Source of the DNA: Promethearchaeia archaeon
Lineage (GTDB): Archaea > Asgardarchaeota > Lokiarchaeia > Sigyniarchaeales > SOKP01
DNA length: 13,358 nt
Direction of reading: 5' to 3'
Assembly (NCBI GenBank): GCA_046497275.1
Contig: JAWOFX010000025.1
Span: 1 to 13,358 of the forward strand
In this document: piece by piece, positions 7,070 through 13,358 of the stretch
Layout of the letters: the number at the start of each line of letters is the position of its first letter
How positions within the stretch are numbered: position 1 is the first letter of the stretch
Translations under genes and position numbers: made by a program
Notes under the pieces: model-generated
The model's database searches: none
The model's input: the letters and a program-made list of their open reading frames with translations, nothing else
Told to the model about the DNA's origin: nothing

Positions 7070-9106
7070 TTAAAATTTCGTGATTATTGCGCAATGGTCA
7101 GAAGCAATAGAACATGATACATCACTTAATATCGGAATCAGATCAGGTGAACACATTATATAATCAATCCTTTTTTGGGGCACAAAATCATCATTAAAAT
7201 GACCAGTATATCCTGAATCCGAATTTAAATAAGAATAAGTATCAGTAAAATTCAGGGATGTTGTACTATTAATTAGCCCATATTCAGTATCACTTGGTTC
7301 AAAATTGAAATCACCCATCCATACAGTTCTTTCAAATGTTTCTTGATTGATTTGATTCACGATAAAGGGTACTTGTGCTAATCTATCAGCAGATTTTGTA
7401 GAGAGATGAGTAAGATATATAGTCCAGAGTGATGAATTTATCTCTATTTTTGCCTTAATCAAGGATCTTGGCTCTGCAGATGCAACAATCAGAGGTAGTT
7501 CTATTATTTCCACTTCTAAAATAGGATATTTGCTCAATAATGCATTACCATAATGTTTATAGAATGAGTAACCATAATAATAATACATATCTAGCTTATG
7601 AGCAAAATATGTCGCTATATCTACAAAAGAAGTCTTTAAAGCCCCCATATCTACTTCATTTATCCCAAGAACATCGGGATCCTCGTTTTTAATATCATCA
7701 ATGAGTCGATCTAAATTGAAAGAATCATCAACTCCAATAGCATTATGTATGTTCCATGTCATAAAAGTGGGATCCTCGGCTCCTGTATTGACCTTAACTT
7801 TCTGAGTTGTGATTATAACACAAGAAACTCCACTTAGGATCAATATTCCCACGAAAAGAATCCCTGTTGATTTTCTATCCAATTGAAATGTTAATTCTTT
7901 TCTTTTCATTAATTTTGAGAAATTTATACTTTCAATTATAGAAATCAGAACAGCCCCAGTACCCACCAGTATTATTACATTGATCAGTAATGACACATAT
8001 TCATACCACAAGATTTCTACTTGGATTATTATAAAAACTAATATGATGATAAAGAATAGAATTAATCCTATCAGTAATTTGGGACGGGAATCAAATCTAT
8101 AAAAGTTAAAGATATATGAGATGTAGTAAACTAAAAAGAAAACATTAACGATAGTGGCAGACGTAAAAAATATAGTTGCTAGAATGCTTCTAGTTTTTCC
8201 CAAAAAGAGAAGAGAAAGCCCATTCATCAAAATAAATAATAGTCCTAATAAGAGAGAAAAAGTTTTTAGCTGGTTCTTACTGAATTTTAAAAGGTATTCT
8301 GATGTAATATAAAAAGATAAAATCCCCCCTAAAAAAATAATAAAAATATAATATATGAATCCATAACCAAACCATGGAAAATATAAATTAGTATCTAAGA
8401 AATTAAAATTTATACTATCATAGGCCGATAACGCCATTGGATTAACCATCCATAGTATTGATACTAAAAATAATGCCCCAAGAATGATGAAATGAATATA
8501 GGAGATTTTTTTTATGGGTTTCTCAATCTCTTCTTTTTCTGTTAGTAATCCTACATTTTCGGGCAAAAAAAATATTATATTTACAATGTTTGTGCCTATA
8601 ATCAGAAATATCACAGGTATTAGTTTGATAAAATCATTAGTTAAGTTAGAAGAGATATTTATTATGAGGAAAATGAATTGTATTCCTAGTCCCAATATTA
8701 TTCCAGCAACTAATAAATTAGGATTTAAAAAATCTTTCTTAGTTTGAATCCAGTAGATAATCTCATTAAAAAAAATCATTCCTGAGAAAAGAATTAGAAA
8801 ATTAAATAATAGAAGGATTGGTGTTAAGATCATAAATTGAGCTATAATACGTAATATTGATATTAGTAGAATAATCAGAAATAGTCTGTATTGATGTTTT
8901 ATTAGTTTTTTAGTATTAAAACTTATAACTATTATTGCAATTATAATCAAAGTGATTATTAAAATGGGGATTATAGACATAATCTCCGAGAGATTCATGA
9001 ACACATAAGTATTTACATCTATCATTAGATTATAAAACGATTCGATGAAGGTGAAAAAGATTACTCCAATTAAAAAGGTCTTTAAAATATTTTCGTTATC
9101 TTTCAT
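7070..9106 (-). CDS. Polytopic membrane protein (~13 predicted TM helices) with a C-terminal endonuclease/exonuclease/phosphatase (EEP, DNase I-like) domain
   Basis: aa 1-~435 are a series of hydrophobic segments. The C-terminal ~235 aa (about 7070-7775) carry the full EEP motif set: TWNIH, GINEV, GNALLSKYPI, THL, GDFN, RIDYI, SDH. Confidence 0.9.
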   Translation of the reverse strand: MKDNENILKTFLIGVIFFTFIESFYNLMIDVNTYVFMNLSEIMSIIPILIITLIIIAIIVISFNTKKLIKHQYRLFLIILLISILRIIAQFMILTPILLLFNFLILFSGMIFFNEIIYWIQTKKDFLNPNLLVAGIILGLGIQFIFLIINISSNLTNDFIKLIPVIFLIIGTNIVNIIFFLPENVGLLTEKEEIEKPIKKISYIHFIILGALFLVSILWMVNPMALSAYDSINFNFLDTNLYFPWFGYGFIYYIFIIFLGGILSFYITSEYLLKFSKNQLKTFSLLLGLLFILMNGLSLLFLGKTRSILATIFFTSATIVNVFFLVYYISYIFNFYRFDSRPKLLIGLILFFIIILVFIIIQVEILWYEYVSLLINVIILVGTGAVLISIIESINFSKLMKRKELTFQLDRKSTGILFVGILILSGVSCVIITTQKVKVNTGAEDPTFMTWNIHNAIGVDDSFNLDRLIDDIKNEDPDVLGINEVDMGALKTSFVDIATYFAHKLDMYYYYGYSFYKHYGNALLSKYPILEVEIIELPLIVASAEPRSLIKAKIEINSSLWTIYLTHLSTKSADRLAQVPFIVNQINQETFERTVWMGDFNFEPSDTEYGLINSTTSLNFTDTYSYLNSDSGYTGHFNDDFVPQKRIDYIMCSPDLIPILSDVSCSIASDHCAIITKF

Positions 9107-9126
9107 TTTTTTATTAGATTTTAAGT

Positions 9127-9134
9127 TTTTATAA
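9127..9134 (-). promoter_or_regulatory. Putative TATA box (TTATAAAA) for the EEP membrane-protein gene
   Basis: Lies 21-28 nt upstream of the ATG at 9106, with no SD, as expected for a leaderless archaeal transcript. The AT-rich background weakens the call. Confidence 0.35.
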
Positions 9135-9274
9135 TAAATCTTGGATATTGTGATATTTAATCATTACTTTTTAAAATGGGATTAGGCACAAAATTTTTAA
9201 TTATTTAAATATGATTTATTTACAATTTGATTTGATATAATATTTATATCTAATTTTTAATTTAAAAAATGAAT

Positions 9275-9280
9275 GAGTGA
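9275..9280 (+). promoter_or_regulatory. Shine-Dalgarno-like site GAGTGA
   Basis: Lies 6 nt before the ATG at 9287. Confidence 0.5.
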
Positions 9281-9286
9281 TTAATT

Positions 9287-10087
9287 ATGCCAAAACAAAA
9301 AATTAATGATACCGAATTATATTATGAGATTCATGGAGAAGGATACCCCGTAGTAATGATTATGGGATTGGGAGCCAATATTTACTGGTGGACACCAGAA
9401 TTTCTGGAACCTATGAAAAATAATTTTCAAACAATTATTTTTGACAATCGAGATGCCGGTCGATCTGATCACGCAAATGAGCAATATCAAATAGCAGATC
9501 TTGCTACTGATACTATTAAACTCATGGATATGTTAAATATTGATAAAGCTCATATCTTAGGGATTAGTATGGGCGGGATGATTGCCCAAGAAGTCACCTT
9601 AAATTATCCTGAAAGAGTAAACAAGCTCGTTCTATGTTCTACTAATTGCGGTGGTGCGAAATCTATTCTCCCCTCTCAAGATTTATTAGCTCAATTAACA
9701 CAGGATCGAGGAGAACTTTCTCAAAAAGAAATAATTGAGAAAACTATACCTCTTCTATATACTAATGAATTTATCGATAAGAATCCAGAATATATCGAAC
9801 GAACAAAAGAGCAATTGATGAAAGCTCCAATACAACCGGAAGCATATGAACGACAAATTCAGTCCTTATTAAGTTTTAACACGGGAAGAAAGCTTAAAAA
9901 AATAGAACATCAAACATTAGTAATACATGGAAAAAAAGATATCTTAGTTCCCCCCCAAAATGGCCAAATCTTAACAGATTTAATAACAAATGCTACATTG
10001 AAATATTTTGAAAAAAGCGCGCATGCTATTTTTTCCCATGAACCAGAGAAAGTAACTACCACGGTTCTAGATTTTCTAAAAGAATAG
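9287..10087 (+). CDS. Alpha/beta-fold hydrolase, paralog 2
   Basis: Same length (266 aa) and colinear with 6198..6998. My manual ungapped count is 177/266 identical. GISMGG, HGKKD and SAH triad intact. Confidence 0.95.
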   Translation: MPKQKINDTELYYEIHGEGYPVVMIMGLGANIYWWTPEFLEPMKNNFQTIIFDNRDAGRSDHANEQYQIADLATDTIKLMDMLNIDKAHILGISMGGMIAQEVTLNYPERVNKLVLCSTNCGGAKSILPSQDLLAQLTQDRGELSQKEIIEKTIPLLYTNEFIDKNPEYIERTKEQLMKAPIQPEAYERQIQSLLSFNTGRKLKKIEHQTLVIHGKKDILVPPQNGQILTDLITNATLKYFEKSAHAIFSHEPEKVTTTVLDFLKE

Positions 10088-10121
10088 AAATTCTCCATAA
10101 ATTTTTTTAAATTCTTATTTT

Positions 10122-11426
10122 TTAACCAAAAATGAGACTTAAAATAAGTGTATAGCCTAATGAGAGGATGATGTGGATAATAGCGAATGTAGCACCAACT
10201 TTTAATAATCTTTTATAATTAAAGTTCTCTACACCTGCATCTTGAGCAATCTTAAGAGTCATTACATCACAAGCAGCCCCTTGTGGAATTAAATTCCCTC
10301 CTAAGTTAATCCCAATAATAAAGGCGAAGTATATGGGTAAGCTGGGAAATCCCTCTTTTGTAAGGGTTTCAATTATCGGGATAAACACTAAAGCTGTAGG
10401 TGTATTTGCAACAAAACCACTTATTAAACTTACAGCAATTAAAATGATTAAAGCAATCAAGATTGGATCTACTGCTGTAAATGGAATCATTTCGAATATT
10501 TCTTTAAATCCAGCTTGTAATAGACATCCAATGACAATATAAAGCGAAATGAAAAAAAAAATTATTTCCCATTCCACATCTTTAAGAAGAACTGCCGCCT
10601 TTTTCTTGGTATAGCGTTTATTAATAATTACTAAAATAAAAGCTGATAAGACTGCTGTTAGATAAAGGAGAGGAAGAATAGCAAAAAAAGCGATGGTGAT
10701 CATAATTGCGATACTATTAAAATAAAACATTTTTTTATTTGCGACCATAACATCTGCATCTATTAAATCAAGGACGAATCTTTTTTGCTGTTCTTCGATC
10801 TTTGGTTCTTTACTAAGATAAAATCTATCAATAAGAAATATTGTGATAAGAAGTAAGGTAAATGAGAAGATCCAGTAATTCTGAATAAAATAGAGAGTAT
10901 CCAATCCAAACGCAGTCGATATAATAATATTCTCACCAGAACTAAAAGGAGTGATGATTGATCCAATGTTTATAGATATCGTCATTCCAAGCAAATACGT
11001 TCCTGAGCGAATCTTTAGAAATCGGCATAATCTGATAACCACTGGTCCTAGAATAAGAACAACCACAACATCCGTGATGATTGCCGCAAGTAGGGTAGTG
11101 ATTATACAAATCAAATAAAAAAAGACTCTTTGGCTTCCACGAGAGATTTTAAAAAGTTTCACTGCAAGATATTCTAAAATATTCGAGTCTTGCGCAATTT
11201 TGGTGATAATACTCATGCTTAAAATTACTAGAATTGCTTCAAATTCGATCGATTGTAGAAAATCGTTAATAGTTGTACCCATAAGAATTCCCGTCACAGT
11301 TGCGGCAGTAAAACTCAATACTATAGAAATTGCTACGAAATCAATATTTTCTTGGGTATAACTAATAATTATTAGCGCGAAAATGATAAATACAAATATT
11401 AACAAGGGGATATTGAGAGTCGCCAT
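10122..11426 (-). CDS. ArsB/NhaD/SLC13 (ion-transporter superfamily) permease, paralog 2
   Basis: Colinear with 4573..5880 and roughly two-thirds or more identical by eye, including a 32-aa identical run ISRGSQ...VVVVLI. Confidence 0.88.
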   Translation of the reverse strand: MATLNIPLLIFVFIIFALIIISYTQENIDFVAISIVLSFTAATVTGILMGTTINDFLQSIEFEAILVILSMSIITKIAQDSNILEYLAVKLFKISRGSQRVFFYLICIITTLLAAIITDVVVVLILGPVVIRLCRFLKIRSGTYLLGMTISINIGSIITPFSSGENIIISTAFGLDTLYFIQNYWIFSFTLLLITIFLIDRFYLSKEPKIEEQQKRFVLDLIDADVMVANKKMFYFNSIAIMITIAFFAILPLLYLTAVLSAFILVIINKRYTKKKAAVLLKDVEWEIIFFFISLYIVIGCLLQAGFKEIFEMIPFTAVDPILIALIILIAVSLISGFVANTPTALVFIPIIETLTKEGFPSLPIYFAFIIGINLGGNLIPQGAACDVMTLKIAQDAGVENFNYKRLLKVGATFAIIHIILSLGYTLILSLIFG

Positions 11427-11446
11427 ATTATCAAAGATTACTTAGA

Positions 11447-11454
11447 TATTTTAA
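11447..11454 (-). promoter_or_regulatory. Putative TATA-like box (TTAAAATA) for permease paralog 2
   Basis: Lies 21-28 nt upstream of the ATG at 11426, with no SD. BRE is poor. Confidence 0.25.
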
Positions 11455-11517
11455 GAAAGTAAAGAGTGATCATTTTATAAATCTAACTAGTATTAGAAAA
11501 TGAGACTTTATGGTCAC

Positions 11518-12354
11518 TTAATCTAATAAGATAAGAGATAAAAGAAATTTATCAAGATTCAATTCTTTCAAGAGAACGAGATTATTGATCAGATAATTAA
11601 ATAGATTTTCTTTCATAAAATATTTTAAACTTTCCCTTCCTCCTAAAGAATTTTTTAAAATACCCACGCTATTTTTCAATAATGTTATCAGATATCTCTC
11701 AACAAGCATCATATCAGCTGCATTTGGATTGATATTTATTATATTAAATCCTGATTCTGGGGAAAAACTGATTTTTTGTAGTTCACTATCCTTTTCAAAA
11801 TCAAGATTATCACGAAATTCATGGTACATTTTATCCATCTTTTCAATTAGTTTTCCTTTCTGATCTATTTGAGAAACTATATTCATTATGATGTTAAGAA
11901 TCTGTTGAAAAATACCCAATATATCGAAGAATTCAGCGATAGTGGTTATATTCTCTGCTTGTTTCCACTGATGATAATATTCATCTATAGTTTGTTTAAA
12001 TGGTGCAAAAAGCTCTGTATTTCCATCCCAATTATTTTTATTATAATTTTTTTTCACTACGTATTCTTGTAAAAAAGATTTTTTAATGATGTTGAGACGT
12101 GCTCTTATTATCTCTGCACTTACGTCTTTATTGTCTGCTGCGATAAAAAGTAAATTAGACTCATTATCCTCAAGATATACCCACCTTAAACCTCCCATTT
12201 CTATACTTTCAATTCCTTGTTTGAATTCAAAGACTGTAAACTGATTTAAGGCAGTTAAAAGCCCTGATACTAAATCTTCATTAACCATTAAATCTTGATA
12301 AGGCTGATAAAGAAGGGTTACGCCACTTTCAGAATCTAAAATCCATATATTCAT
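11518..12354 (-). CDS. Longin-like domain protein (N-terminal ~130 aa) with an uncharacterised helical C-terminal domain
   Basis: Pattern beta-beta (IWILDSESGVTLLY), alpha (EDLVSGLLTALNQF), beta-beta-beta (IESIEMGGLRWVY, LLFIAAD), alpha (IIRARLNIIKKSFLQEY), then WDGN..LF..F...IDE. This matches longin/sedlin/AP-sigma-like domains common in Asgard archaea. Recognised by motif memory, not by search. Confidence 0.7.
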   Translation of the reverse strand: MNIWILDSESGVTLLYQPYQDLMVNEDLVSGLLTALNQFTVFEFKQGIESIEMGGLRWVYLEDNESNLLFIAADNKDVSAEIIRARLNIIKKSFLQEYVVKKNYNKNNWDGNTELFAPFKQTIDEYYHQWKQAENITTIAEFFDILGIFQQILNIIMNIVSQIDQKGKLIEKMDKMYHEFRDNLDFEKDSELQKISFSPESGFNIININPNAADMMLVERYLITLLKNSVGILKNSLGGRESLKYFMKENLFNYLINNLVLLKELNLDKFLLSLILLD

Positions 12355-12373
12355 AATTTTATAAAATCCCTAA

Positions 12374-12387
12374 TTTATATATTTTTG
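12374..12387 (-). promoter_or_regulatory. Putative BRE + TATA (CAAAAA-TATATAAA) for the longin-like gene
   Basis: TATA lies 20-27 nt upstream of the ATG at 12354, with an A-rich BRE immediately 5' of it. Confidence 0.4.
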
Positions 12388-12439
12388 ACCGATTAATTAA
12401 ATGTACTTTTATAAGCTGGATTATTAGATATAATAGAAT

Positions 12440-12928
12440 TCATTCTAATAAATCTTTAATATCATTATTTTTCAGATAATTTTGAAGATTGCGTAAAATC
12501 TGAGACAATTTATTTCTTAAGATAAGTTCGCTAGCATCTCCGATTAAATTTAAAAATTCATTATTTAACTTAAACGTATGTATAAATACGCCTACTTTTG
12601 CTTTCTTTGTTCCTATATTTTTAATTCTAAGTCTTCCTTCTAATTTATCAATATCTTTATTGTTTCTCACATTCAACTCAATCAAATGACCCTTATCTGG
12701 CACTTCACCTTGATCTATCATTACTAATTCTCCACTCATCTCAATTGGAATATTGAGAACATCTACTTCATCATAAATATCACTATGAAAGACGTTTGGT
12801 GCTGTAAATTCTATTGTTATTTTCTTCACGGGACTAATTTTTTCCCAGATAGTAGGTTTATAAATCGCTTCTAAAAGACTTTCTTTATCACTATCAACTT
12901 CTATGACTTTAGATATTAATTTTGCCAC
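12440..12928 (-). CDS. Hypothetical protein, probable SRPBCC/START/CoxG-like helix-grip fold
   Basis: GTG start. N-terminal beta-alpha-alpha pattern ISKVIEVDSDKESLLEAIYKPTIWEKISP resembles the SRPBCC signature, followed by several beta-like segments and a long amphipathic C-terminal helix (SELILRNKLSQILRNLQNYLK). ORF is well supported; fold is moderately supported. Confidence 0.55.
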   Translation of the reverse strand: MAKLISKVIEVDSDKESLLEAIYKPTIWEKISPVKKITIEFTAPNVFHSDIYDEVDVLNIPIEMSGELVMIDQGEVPDKGHLIELNVRNNKDIDKLEGRLRIKNIGTKKAKVGVFIHTFKLNNEFLNLIGDASELILRNKLSQILRNLQNYLKNNDIKDLLE

Positions 12929-13163
12929 TTTTTCTCATCATCGTAAGTTTTTGTAGAATAACCTACCATTTAATAAATTTTTAATTATTTCATATTAAGA
13001 TTTGCTCTTTCTATCAATTATTAGAATAAAAAATAATCTAAGTTTTATGCCTCAGTCTTCCTCAATATGAAATCATTCAAAATGTCATATAAGATGAATT
13101 ATCATCACAGGCAAATACAATATGAATGAATAAAGCAATTATATAAAAAGAATCATAGAAATT

Positions 13164-13358
13164 TTATATGTTTTTCTCTCGAAATAATTTACTATCTTCA
13201 ATTTTGTTTTTTGCGCCACATTTTGGACATTGCCATTCTGTATTGCTAATCTTGATAGAATTTATACACTCATCACATACAGAAATGTCGCAAATACAAT
13301 AAAAGAGAGTATCGACTTCATGTTCGAAATCTTTTTTGCAAATGTAACAGTTGGTAGG
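13164..13358 (-). CDS. Partial CDS (start lies outside the window) encoding a C4C4 RING-type zinc finger; not in the ORF track
   Basis: Manual translation from 13358: PTNCYICKKDFEHEVDTLFYCICDISVCDECINSIKISNTEWQCPKCGAKNKIEDSKLFREKNI*, with TAA at 13166-13164. Eight Cys spaced C-x2-C-x13-C-x-C-x4-C-x2-C-x12-C-x2-C. Confidence 0.88.
   Translation of the reverse strand, partial: PTNCYICKKDFEHEVDTLFYCICDISVCDECINSIKISNTEWQCPKCGAKNKIEDSKLFREKNI

Noticed and set aside
4573-11426. Paralog pairs as IS terminal repeats or a misassembly
   Set aside because: There is no transposase, terminal inverted repeats or target-site duplication, and extensive synonymous divergence indicates old, real duplications.
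8514-12072. ORF-track entries 8514..8747, 9910..10098, 10333..10542, 10763..10966 and 11869..12072
   Set aside because: They are almost wholly antisense to longer genes with clear family signatures and have no independent support.
12440-12442. TGA stop of the SRPBCC-like gene as selenocysteine or readthrough fusion to the longin gene
   Set aside because: Readthrough hits TAA after 26 codons and is out of frame with the longin ATG; no Cys-equivalent context.
4384-12968. ACCTACCA octamer in two intergenic regions (4384 and 12961)
   Set aside because: Only two copies, with inconsistent orientation relative to downstream genes, and a near-copy inside the RING CDS; compatible with chance.
12929-13163. 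Short + strand ORFs (e.g. MKSFKMSYKMNYHHRQIQYE) in the spacer
   Set aside because: At most about 20 codons, with no SD or motif; expected by chance in AT-rich DNA.

Overview
AT-rich prokaryotic chromosomal window, most likely from an Asgard archaeon (Lokiarchaeia-like). This host call is an inference from GGTGA/GAGTGA-type ribosome-binding sites, TATA-like elements, a longin-fold protein and a RING finger. Left, + strand: 5'-truncated glutamate dehydrogenase, a stomatin-like SPFH protein, an unusual rubrerythrin-like protein that has lost its diiron His ligands and carries four tandem rubredoxin-like modules, and an isocitrate/isopropylmalate-family dehydrogenase. Centre: two paralogous ArsB/NhaD/SLC13-superfamily permeases and two paralogous alpha/beta-hydrolases nested around a ~13-TM membrane protein with a C-terminal EEP phosphoesterase domain (Cwh43/PGAP2IP-like layout). 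Right, - strand: a longin-like protein, a probable SRPBCC/START-fold protein, and a partial CDS at the window edge, absent from the ORF track, that encodes a C4C4 RING finger with near-exact Not4/CNOT4 spacing. No RNA genes, CRISPR arrays or mobile elements were seen.
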